From positions 84,134,001 to 84,198,000 of the forward strand of contig OZ024741.1 in NCBI GenBank assembly GCA_964016885.1: a DNA stretch of 64,000 bases. Direction: 5' to 3'. Made by a program: the position numbers and the translations under genes. This document shows, piece by piece, positions 41,787-53,970 of this stretch. The notes under the pieces were generated by a model. That model did not search any database, was not told the origin of the DNA, and was given only the letters and a program-made list of their open reading frames with translations. Source of the DNA: Eledone cirrhosa. Lineage: Eukaryota. Each line of letters starts with the position of its first letter. The first letter of the stretch is position 1.

Positions 41787-42268
41787 CAGGCACACATATA
41801 TATATGCACGTATCAGTTTACCGAACAGTTATTATAATGTTCGCTTTGTTCGTTTGTAAACAAACGGACAGCCTGATTTACGCCGTACGGTGTTCAGGCA
41901 ACCACGTAACCTTTTTGTTCAACACTGACACAGGAACGATGTACTAGTTTCAAGCTTGTTAGCTATCGTCAGCACCGTATACCTTTCTGCCAGATGGTTG
42001 AACGTTCGAAAGTATATACTTTCCTTATGAAAATTAACGGTTGAACAGCCTAATTTGCATATCGAGTTAGTTCAGTTGGCCAGGCGCACCGAAAACGATA
42101 AATGGAATAGAATGAAACTTCCTGTGTCAGTGTTGAACAAAAAGATGACGTGGTTGCCTGAACACTGTACGGCCTAAATCAGGCTGTCCGTTTGTTTACA
42201 GACGAACAAAGCGAGCATTATAATAAATGTTCGGTAAACTGATACGTGCATATATATATGTGTGCCTG

Positions 42269-42386
<118 letters not shown>

Positions 42387-42627
42387 TATACATGCTACTG
42401 TACGTCTGTATACATATATGTATATACGTATACATACATACTTACATTTGAGTAAGTGCCGTACTAAGAGTGAGAAATGAAATCTCGTTTCATTCTATTC
42501 CATTTATCGTTTTCGGTGCGCCTGGCCGACTGAACTCACACGATATGCAAATTAGGCTGCTCAGCCGTTAATTTTCATACGGAAAGTATATACTTTCGAA
42601 CGTTCAACCATCTGGCAGAAAGGTATA

Positions 42628-42668
42628 CGGTGCTGACGATAGCTAACAAGCTTGAAACTAGTACATCG
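42628..42668 (+). ncRNA. Type I hammerhead (family B representative)
   Basis: cggtg CTGACGA t agct aaca agct t GAAACTAGTA catcg; palindromic stem III ACTAGT. Confidence 0.92.
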
Positions 42669-42826
42669 TTCCTGTGTCAGTGTTGAACAAAAAGGTGACG
42701 TGGTTGCCTAAACACTGTACGGCGTAAATCAGGCTGTCCGTTTGTTTACAAACGAACAAAGCGAACATTATAATAAATGTTCGGTAAACTGATACGTGCA
42801 TATATATATGTGTGCCTGTATGTATA

Positions 42827-42883
<57 letters not shown>

Positions 42884-43308
42884 GCTACTATACGTCTGTA
42901 TACATATATGTATGTACGTATACATACATACTTACATTTGAGTAAGTGCCGTACTAAGAGTGAGAAATGAAATTTCGTTTCATTCTATTCCATTTATCGT
43001 TTTCGGTGAGCCTGGCCGACTGAACTCAGTCGATATGCAAATTAGGCTGCTCAGCCGTTAATTTTCATAAGGAAAGTATATACTTTCGAACGTTCAACCA
43101 TCTGGCAGAAAGGTATACGGTGCTGACGATAGCTAACAAGCTTGAAACTAGTACATCGTTCCTGTGTCAGTGTTGAACAAAAAGGTGACGTGGTTGCCTG
43201 AACACTGTACGGCGTAAATCAGGTTGTCCGTTTGTTTACAAACGTACAAAACGAACATTATAATAAATGTTCGGTAAACTGATACGTGCATATATATATG
43301 TGTGCCTG

Positions 43309-43409
<101 letters not shown>

Positions 43410-43836
43410 GCTACTGTACGTGTGTATACATATATGTATGTACGTATACATACATACTTACATTTGAGTAAGTGCCGTACTAAGAGTGAGAAATGAAATC
43501 TCGTTTCATTCTATTCCATTTATCGTTTTCGGTGCGCCTGGCCGACTGAACTCACTCGATATGCAAATTAGGCTGCTCAGCCGTTAATTTTCATAAGGAA
43601 AGTATATACTTTCGAACGTTCAACCATCTGGCAGAAAGGTATACGGTGCTGACGATAGCTAACAAGTTTGAAACTAGTACATCGTTCCTGTGTCAGTGTT
43701 GAACAAAAAGGTCGCGTGGTTGCCTGAACACTCTACGGCGTAAATCAGGCTGTCCGTTTGTTTACAAACGAACAAAGCCAACATTATAATAAATGTACGG
43801 TAAACTGATACGTGCATATATATATATGTGTGCCTG

Positions 43837-43883
<47 letters not shown>

Positions 43884-44317
43884 GCTACTGTAGGTCTGTA
43901 CATATATATGTATGTACGTATACATACATACTTACATTTGAGTAAGTGCCGTCCTAAGAGTGAGAAATGAAATTTCGTTTCATTCTATTCCATTTATCGT
44001 TTTCGGTGCGCCTGGCCGACTGAACTCACTCGATATGCAAATTAGGCTGCTCAGCCGTTAATATTCATAAGGAAGTATATACTTTCGAACGTTCAACCAT
44101 CTGGCAGAAAGGTATACGGTGCTGACGATAGCTAACAAACTTGAAACTAGTACATCGTTCCTGTGTCAGTGTTGAACAAAAAGGTGACGTGGTTGCCTGA
44201 ACACTGCACGGCGTAAATCAGGATGTCCGTTTGTTTACTGACGAACAAAGCGAACATTATAATAAATGTTCGGTAAACTGATACGTGCATATATATATAT
44301 GTGTGCCTGTATGTATA

Positions 44318-44351
<34 letters not shown>

Positions 44352-44429
44352 CATGCTACTATACGTCTGTATACATATATGTATGTACGTATACATACAT
44401 ACTTACATATATATATATATATATATACA

Positions 44430-45540
44430 GTTAGTTCCACAACAAATTAGCAAACCATATTGGAGACACATTTTTCCCCGGAGGGAAGTTTCAACTCGTG
44501 TATGCTTTTTACCACTATATATAAATACCAAGTCTGAGACTTCAGACGTTAATATTTGGGGGTATGTTTATTATTTTTATTTTTTGTGTCCTTTTTCCCA
44601 TGTATGTAGGGAAAAAGGTGTATGCTTTTGACACCATTGGTCTCAGAGAATGATTTTGGGCGAGTGCCTCGCTTTTAAACAGTACGAAACCCTTCCGTAC
44701 TGTTTTCTTCACTGGAGAAAATCGATATTTGCTAGAATTTCTTTGAAAGTAGCTTCTATATCTTGTGGAATTTGACACAGTCTTAAAGGTGACTGATCTG
44801 CGAATTGTGTCTTCCTTTATTTCAAGGGGTGTGTAATTCTAAACCCACCTTTTTCTTCGAAAGTTACACATTTTCTCCCTTGCTGGAGCATATCTCTTGT
44901 GTTGGAGATATCAAGATTTATAAAATCTTGTTTTTTGTCCACTGTTTCAGCGAAAGACATTTTATTTTTGTGTGTGGTGTTGCTGTTGTTGTTGTTGTTA
45001 TCGTTGTTAGCCATGGTGTGGGAAATCTCAGTTCCTTGACGAGGTGAAACATTATGTGTAGATGTATCTGTGGAGTTGTTGATGTCTTTTTCATGTGTAT
45101 GTATATTAATGGGTTTAATTCCTGTGTTTTTCTGTGTTATTGTTATTTTTCTCCGTTTCGACGGTAGAAATTTTAAAATCTTCAAGTGGTAATATTTTTT
45201 CCTCTTTGTTGACACTTGTATCTATGGTGACGTCCATAGTAGCAGAAGCAGATATGAAGTTAATATCTGCCTCTTTCTCTCTGTTTTCTCTATTGACGTT
45301 CTCCAGCGTTCTTGTGTTGTTCAAGTTAATTAGTTTGTAAAATTTGTTATTTTAAAACAATTTTTAAAATAAAATTTTCGCCCCTATAAATGGGGCGAAA
45401 AATGGGATTACCACCCAGCTGACAATTCAGCTTGGGGGTTAATCTACAAAATAATATATTTTTTCAAATAATTTGTTCTGTTTTTCTTATATAAATTAAC
45501 AAAACATCTTACCGGCGATGTTTCACGCGTCAGACAGAAA
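44430..45540 (-). mobile_element. 5' fragment (5'UTR + ORF1 start) of a second Tx1-like family
   Basis: MSFAETVDK and YTFFPTYMGKRTQKI match ISFAQTTKK and FTFYPSYMGKRTQRI of the neighbouring element. Confidence 0.8.
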
Positions 45541-45879
45541 GAGATATAGATAGATATATTTCTTTATTTACCATAAAGGCATAAAAAGAAGGGACAAATA
45601 CAAAGGGGGAGTTTACATCAAATCGAGTAAAAAGGGTATAAAATGAAAATAATCGAAAACAACCTCAAAAGGGAGGGGATGTGATGGGGGTTGCACCCCC
45701 CCCCCCGAAAAAGTGTGCAATCCTTTGCCCGGAGAGCACATGGAGAAGGTGCTCCCCTCTCCTTCACTTCTTTATCTACAGGATGGTATACAGAGAAGGC
45801 CCATTTACACGAGCCATTCTCGCCACTATCACCCACCTTTCATAAAACTGCCTGTGGCCAAGCACCTCTTTCTCCATTC

Positions 45880-48800
45880 TTATCCTTCTTCCGAAGTGAT
45901 ATCGGAAGAAGTGACCAGACTATGGCCAGAGAGGAAGTTGCTTGACCTCAGACCTTTCAATCGTGTCCACCAAACAACCTCTTTCAACATGGCTATTACG
46001 CACAGAAATACCGCCTTTGCTTCCATTGTGAAGAGGGGAGGCGGCTTGATTGTCATCACGGACTCGGCGGTCAATCGAATCGGCGCCACCCGCAACAGCA
46101 GTCGTTCGGCGTAGCCCCACAGATCAGCCACGCTCGGACATTGCACCAATGCGTGCGCAACGGTTTCTTCGTGACGCACGCATCTAGGGCAAATCTTTTT
46201 CGAGGGATCCCTGCCCGGGCGCCCGTGTCTGTAGAGCCTCTCTCGAACGGGTAGAGCCCTCCGGTAGCACTGCCAGGCTAGTGACTTCTGGAAGTTGTCC
46301 ATTGGTCTCGGGCCGAAAGTCCTACCGAACATGCTGGCCAGTTCGTCCTCTTCCATGTCCAGCGACTCTCCAAGGGTGTCATCGCCCCTGCTAGCCACCA
46401 GCCCTCTATAGAATAATGAGGTGGATTCTCCACCGATGCCCTGGCCCGTTTGCCAGAGAGCCCTGAGCGCCTGGGCACACTCAGTGTGCCAGTCTCCCAG
46501 TTTTCCGGATCTTTGCTTGACCCAGGACTGCAGCTCGGTGAGCGAGACGAGTCTCGGAAAGGCTCGTTTCACGAACGGAGCCCACACCGGTTGACCAGTG
46601 AGGAATACCTGTAGGTGCCGTAGCTTTAATGCGTGCCTACTCATCATCAACCACGGCATCCTCAGCCCTCCTTTCGAAGGTTGTTGGCAGCAGATGGATC
46701 TTCTCACCATAGGAGGGCGCTTCTTCCAAAGAAATTGGAAGAGCATGCGTTCCATGGTGGTGAGTGTTTCCTTAGGGCAAGGCACGACAGTCAGGCGGTA
46801 GTAAGTGACGGACGCTATGTAAATGTTCGCCACCTCCGCCCGGCCTTTTAGGTACAGCTTACACTTGGCCCATTTCTGGGTTAGTGCAAACACCTTGTTC
46901 GTAACCTCGTCCCAGTTATTTTCCACCTGGAGGTCCGGTCCAAACCAGACCCCAAGCAACTTCACCGGGCCCTCCGTCCAGTGTCCGACGACACCGTCTG
47001 GAGGCATCGGTCTGCCTCTCCACGTTCTGAGTTGCAGCCCGATGGATTTTTCCCGGTTAAGTTTCGCTCCTGACAACCTTTCGAAATCCTCCAGTAGGGT
47101 ACCGATCGCCTCGATCTCCGAGTCGGTCGATACCATTACTGTTACGTCATCGGCGTAAGCCGACACCGCTTTGCTCAATCCTGGTTCCAGGGGGATACCC
47201 TGCAACAATTCCAACTTCCTCAGTAAAGGCTTCAGAGTCAATACGTACAGAAGGGAGGAGAGAGGGCACCCCTGTCGAATGGATCGTGTGATTTCGAACG
47301 GATTCGAAAGGTAGCCGTTCACCTTGATCCTAGAACAGATGTGGTTGCTATGTAAGGCAGTGATCCAGCCTCTGAAAACAGGACCGAACCCAGCCGCCGC
47401 TAGCACCGCATCCAGGTAACCATGGTCGACCCTATCGAAGGCCTTAGACTGATCCAAGTTGATCAGGGCCCCACCGAAGCCGGGTTTGTTGCCAACCCTC
47501 TCTATGATGTATCGCATGAGGTGGAGGTTATCGTGAATGGACCTGGATTGGATAGCACATGTCTGCGCATCTCCCACCAGGCCACCCACGACAAGCACCA
47601 ACCTCTTTGCTAACACCTTGGCCAAAATCTTTAACTCTGTGTTTAGCAGGGTTATGGGCCGAAAATTATTTATACTATCCCCTTGTTCTCGTCCTTCCTC
47701 ACCAGCGAGACTACGCCCTTGGCTACAAAACAAGGAATTCTCCCGTTCTGCTGCCAATTGCAGTAGACCGCTTCGAGGAGTTCGGAGAAGAAGACCGGCA
47801 TTGCTACATAAAGTTCGTAAGGTATACCATCGAGACCTGGAGATTTGCGTCTGCTGCATTGGCTCAGCGCATCCCCGATCTCATCAGCCGAGATTGGTCC
47901 CTCGCAGGACTCTGCCTCTTCGCTCGAGAGACGCAGCAGGCCGTCGAGGTATGGACCGAAATCCACGTCCCCGCCCGGACCCTCGCCTCCCCCGAATAAT
48001 CGGGTAAAGTGCCTTTGAAAGGCCTCGCACATCTGCTTAGGCTCCCGGATCACCCGTCCATCCTCGTCTTGCAAAGACCGGATGGTGGATCGATTTCCAC
48101 TCTTAACTTCTGTCACGCGGGCCCAGCCAACGGCTTTGGCCCCCTCATTACCTAGAGCACGTATTTTACTTCGAATGACGCAGCCTTCGTGCTTTGCATC
48201 GAAAAACTGGTTCAAGGCCGTCCTCGATGCCAGCACTCTGGCCACATCTTCGCTCTTGATTGCCTCTTCTAATTTACCTGTTAATTCTTTCTCGTTTCTA
48301 TTCCTATCGGCAGCTAACATCTTGCTATAACTTATTGCTTCTGTTCTAATCTCTCTTTTGAGAGATGCCCACCATCGGTTGTTGACGATTGCACCCGTCA
48401 ACCTCTCCTTAACTAATCTGCTAATCTGGTTTCTGTAAGTCTCTTTTGCCGGTAAAGACAGATTAAGTTTCCAGTAACTGGGACCCTGTTTATGTGTTTT
48501 CTCGAGATTGACTACGCAGGTCACTAATTTGTGGACAGTTTAATATGTCCCTATCCTTACTTCTAACTAAGAATCTATCTAAGTACGATCTAGATTGACC
48601 AGTGTGGTTCGTCCAATTCCAGGTTGGCACAGTTGGAAAATCTAGTCGATATCTATCGACTAAGTTAAAACGGTCGAGTAACCCTTTGAGGCTGTTACAC
48701 CCTCCTCTATTAGGACATGCTCCTGCATAGTCCCAACGTGCATCTAGGATGTCATTCCAATCCGCCGCTAGAAGCAGGGAACGCGACGTTCCCAGAAAAG

Positions 48801-49182
48801 TCTCCAAACGCTGGAAGAAGTCGGGCCGTTCAGCTCCTAAAGGGGAGTAGACGGCGACCAGTCTCAAGGCCGCACCTTCACTACTGCCAACGTCTAGCAC
48901 CAACAAACGACCCTCCGGGTCCGAGTGAACAACCTGTACGGCGAGACCCAGGTGTTTTTCCAGCAGTACGACAACCCCACCCCCACCTCCAGGTTGACAG
49001 AGAGATGCATGCACCTCAAAGTCATCGAAGGTAGGGGCCAGCTGCCGCACGACGCTGATCCGCGTCTCACAGATAACCATTACATTTATACCACGTGACC
49101 TGAGGTCATTTAGAAGCTTTGCTTGCTTCCAAGTTGAGCCCAGGCCACGTGCATTCAAAAATCCTACTTTTAACACATCCAT
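45880..49182 (-). pseudogene. Tx1-like ORF2 (APE endonuclease, RT, C-terminal CCHC), split over 3 frames
   Basis: LNARGL; ICET; EGRLL; RSYLDRF; YWKLN; KSPGLDG; RPITLLN; LDQSKAFDRV; RQGCPLS; YADD; CPRC...HALVQC. Confidence 0.92.
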
Positions 49183-49215
49183 GTGGGCGGCAAAGCCAAA
49201 GGAGAGTGTAGAGAC

Positions 49216-51115
49216 CTACCTTTCTGCTTCCCGGGGTTCGGGTCGCACGACTTCCATGGGGTCGGGGGTGTTGGGTGAAGGGGTGTCGTGTGGTGGTGTG
49301 GGGTCGTCAGTGTGTGGTGGGGTTGGGGTGTTTGGAGTTGTGTTGGGGAGGGGAAGGGGAGGGGGAAAGCTTTTTAGTAGGACGCGGTTTATGGGTTTGA
49401 CAGAGGGTGGTCCTACGTCCTCCTTAAAATCCTTTTTTAGTTTTTGGTAGAGGTTCATTGGGATCTTTATTAATTTTAAATGTGGGTAGTTTTCTGAAGA
49501 AACAAAGTTTACACCTTCGGTTTGTACCGAAGGATTATTGTTTATGAGTTCATTTAATTTATTATTGTTTCTGTTGATGTAAGTATAGTGTAATGTCTTT
49601 TTTTCGGATGGTGTGAGTGTTTCGAAGAGGGGAGGGGCAGTTTGGTTTTGTTTGTTGCTGGAGGGGTGTTTTCTGTTTTGTTGGATTGGGTTGACATTTG
49701 GGTAGGGGCTGTTTGGCCTTGTGTGTTTTGCACATGTTTTCTTTTTTTCCTTTTAATCTGTCTGAAGGACTCCGTTTCTTCCTCCGAATTCGTTGGGTTA
49801 TCTTCAGTGTTGGAGGGAAGAGGTATGTTTGCTTGTAATGTTTCCGTGTTGGTTTTCTTTGTGGGGGAGATGGATGTCACTATGTTAGACTGTGTTGTGT
49901 GTTGTGGTTGCGGTGGTTGTGTTGTTTCATTGAGTGAGGGGTTGGGTGGGACTGTATTTTGTTTTTGGGTAATGTGTTGTGACTGTTTGTGTTGTGGTGG
50001 TGGTGTAGTTTTACTGAGGGACGGGTTGGGTGAGACTGAGTTTTGTTGTTTGTTTATCTGTTGTGGTGGTGGTGGAGCTGGTGTTGGTAGCAGGGTTTTC
50101 TTTTTGTTGAGTTGGGGACAAGCCGCCTTCAGGTGCCCTCTACCTGCACAGATATGACAGGACGGCCTTCTCCCCTCCACGCTAATGTTTATATACCCGT
50201 GGCCCTCTAATAGGATTCTGTCGGGTATTTGGGCGATGCGTTCAGGCTTCATTTGCACTACAAGTTCTATACCTGTTCCACAGAACGCATTGCCTGTGGT
50301 TTTCCCAATGGAAATCACGTTGTCATTCGCTGGATCGATGAAGCCAGCTATGAGCCAGCAGTAGTCCACATCTGGCATCATTGCAGCCAGCCATATGCGC
50401 TGAGTTCTTTTACCCATATAAGATGGATAAAAGGTAAAATTTGTCGAACGAATCGGTGACAAAGCACATTTTTTTGCCGCCGATTCGTTCTTCATAATAA
50501 TCGCTAGGCTTCCATACAGTCTGTCTTTTCTCATGAAAGTGGTTTCATTAAGTACTTCTGTAAGTACTGCTTTGATTTCTGTTTGTGTTGGCTGATGAGG
50601 TTTTTTAGAAATGTTGTTGATGGTGCGGAAAACGACCGTCCCACTTTCAATATCTTTGGTGAGTACTTGAGGCATTTTACCGATAAAATACCATTTTCCC
50701 CTTCAGTTATGTATTGTTTGGCGTCTGTAATTCTTGGTTTCACATCTGAAATATTTTCAGGTATATATGTCAAAGATTTCTTTGTTGTTTGTGCAAATGA
50801 AATATTATTGGTGTTGACTTTGTCGTCTGCTTTGTTTTCTGTTATGATGCTGTTTTCAAATGTTATTTTTGTGTTTGTCGTGTCTTTGTTTGTGGTATTA
50901 ATATTGTCATGCAATTTTTCAAATTTTTTTTTTACGTTGTTGTAATCAATGTCCAGATTTGTGTTTTCGTCATTTTTCTCCGCAGATTCGTCTGTTTTTA
51001 TTTTATTTTTTCTTTCCTTCTCTATGACGTTAGTTGGGAAGGAAGGGGGGACTAAAGCGTGCGAGCTAACTACCGCTGTCCCCCCTCCACTATTTTCGTT
51101 AGCTTCGTTTAACAT
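49216..51115 (-). pseudogene. Tx1-like ORF1 (zinc knuckle CHICAGRGHLKAAC, P/T/Q-rich tail), split over 3 frames
   Basis: ORFs 50531-51115, 49554-50675 and 49216-49458 upstream of ORF2. Confidence 0.8.
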
Positions 51116-51349
51116 TTGTCAGACGATTGAAATTTTTTATGCCACAAAATTTTTAAAACAGGTTTTTCACTCCTGGGAGAGGCAAGGATGAGCTGACCCA
51201 CCGCCTGACAGTTCAGACAGGGGGTCAAGCTACACAATAGTATCAAAATTAAAATTGAACTTACAAAATTTCCGCAATAAATTTGAACAAAACTTCTGCG
51301 CGAAGTGAATTACATCTACGCTGTAGAACAGACGACAGCTAGATTGAAA

Positions 51350-51354
51350 GAGAT

Positions 51355-51410
<56 letters not shown>

Positions 51411-51416
51411 AGCATG

Positions 51417-51484
<68 letters not shown>
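51350..51484. repeat. (GATA)n microsatellite (another at 52240-52320)
   Basis: Read directly. Confidence 0.97.
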
Positions 51485-52238
51485 TGTTTCTTTTATTTGC
51501 CACTAGGGCATCAAAAGTGGGACAAGTACAAAGGGGGGAGTTTACACAAAAAGGCGTCCTCAATAAGGAGGAGGCAATAGCAAAATATAAAAATAAAATA
51601 AGATATAACAAAAAATAAAATTTTTAACAAAATCCTCAATAGAGAGGAGGCGCCTTGGGGGGTCGCACACACCCCCGAAAAAAGTGTGCAACCCTTCTCC
51701 TCAGGAGCACAGAGAAGGGGTGCTCCCTTGGTCTTTCATCTTCCTCACCTATAGTCTGATGTAGAGTGAAGGCCCATTCACACGGGCCATTCTCGCCACT
51801 TTCACCCATCTTTCATAGAAACGGCTGGGGTGCAGCACCTCTCTCTCCATCCTGATCCTTCTTCCGAAATGATATCGGAAGAAACGGACCAGTTGTTGGC
51901 CAGAGAGAAAGGTGCCTGACCTCAGTCCTTTCAGACGCGTCCACCATACAACCTCTTTCACCATGGCTATTACGCACAGAAACACCGCCTCTGCTTCATC
52001 TTTGAAGGGGGGATCATTACAATAGACTCGGTGGTCAACCGGATCGGTCCCACCCTTGACAGCAGTTGTTCGACATAGCCCCACAGATCGGCTACGCCCG
52101 AGCAGTGTACCAATGCGTGTGCAACGGTTTCCTCGTCGCACACGCATCTGGGACAGATCTTTTTGGTGGGGTCCCTACCCGGGCGCCCGTGTCTGTAGAG
52201 CCTTTCTCGAACGGGTAAAGCCCCTCGGTAGCACTGCC

Positions 52239-52240
<2 letters not shown>
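51485..52240 (-). mobile_element. 5'-truncated 3' fragment of a related Tx1-like element
   Basis: EAEAVFLCVIAMVKEVVWWTRLKGLRS matches the ORF2 C-terminus at ~45950; homologous 3'UTR; (GATA)n on both sides. Confidence 0.9.
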
Positions 52241-52320
<80 letters not shown>

Positions 52321-53623
52321 GCGTGGCCTGTTGATAAGAAATTTGACATGTAATAGTACTGACGTGACTTAAAATTCTGTTGTGTTTTTGAGCAAGGTAC
52401 GTTACTTCGCAGAGTACTCGATACATGGGATAATAGAGTATGGTTATATTATAAAGTGTCGGGATTCCGGTGGTTGAGCTCCAGCCGTTTCAACAGCTAG
52501 TTCCAGACCGGAATCTATAGCAGTGGTATTTCTCGAGCTCTAAAATATGTAACTAAACGATGGCAACGGCTTGATATGAACTCAGAGTGTTGATAGCCTG
52601 AACAAATACCGCAAACCATTCAATCTGATGTTCTATGACTCTGACAAATTGCGCTTATATATTTATACTATATCATGCGTAATAGGTTTTCTTAAATATA
52701 TTGTTTTTATCGTGTCGACCATATATGTTCCGTTTGTTCGATCAACGAGAAGAGCCTTCGAACATCATTGTGAACAACATTCATATCGGCAAATACAGCA
52801 GCCGAATTTGCCCATCTTTTAAGCATACGTTAGATAATATATCTGAGAAAAAAGTATGACTGAAATGTCGTCATTGATATATCTGCTCCATGAGATTTCA
52901 CCTGGAGCTAATCTACAATTGAACTATAAATAATTAAGAAAGCGCTCCTTGATCAAACAGCAAATATGTATTTAAAATGTTACATCCTAATTTTATGTAA
53001 GTATCGATGTTATTCTTTAAAAAAAAAAGCGTAATAATAAGAAATTGTTTACTTTACTGAAACCCACCAAATTCCTCGTTGTCTCTAATATTATCTGAAA
53101 ATCATTGACAGCGTCTTTAATTACGATAGGCTTTATATTCATCTAAAGTAAGGTACGCTAGGCTTATTTATTCATCTAAAAACCTTCATTCATAATGTTA
53201 TGTAAAAGCCATTGTTAAATGGCTAATTATTATTTCAAGAGAAAGCTAATATATTATTTTAAGTTATATTTGAATCTATGGTGAGTGAACATGTTAAATA
53301 TTTTAACACATTTAGTCGCTCTGCTACTTTCATCTACTTTTAAGATATACGAGGAGATATATCCATATTATATGCCTGCATATAGATGTGTCTTTATGAT
53401 GGGAGGTCTAACAAAAATGATAGAAAGAGTGGGCGAGAGAGAGAGTTTCCTTTAAGCAAAATGCTTTTCCACTTCTTTCCTATAATTATTTGTGTTGGCA
53501 TAAAAGTATAGGGTGATAGAATTTGATTTAATCATTGATAAATAGGTTTTTCAGATGATTTTTTATCAAACGATCAGATTTTGTCTTCGTTGGCGTCTGA
53601 TATTCTAACAAATTACTAGTGTG

Positions 53624-53830
<207 letters not shown>

Positions 53831-53859
53831 TATATGCATATATATATATATATCTACAT

Positions 53860-53942
<83 letters not shown>

Positions 53943-53970
53943 GCATATATATATGCATACATATATATAT

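Larger units (their letters stand above)
45558..51345 (-). mobile_element. Full-length, frameshifted Tx1/L1-clade non-LTR retrotransposon
   Basis: ORF1 with CCHC knuckle, ORF2 APE-RT-Zn finger, AATAAA at the 3' end; both ends abut (GATA)n. Confidence 0.92.
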
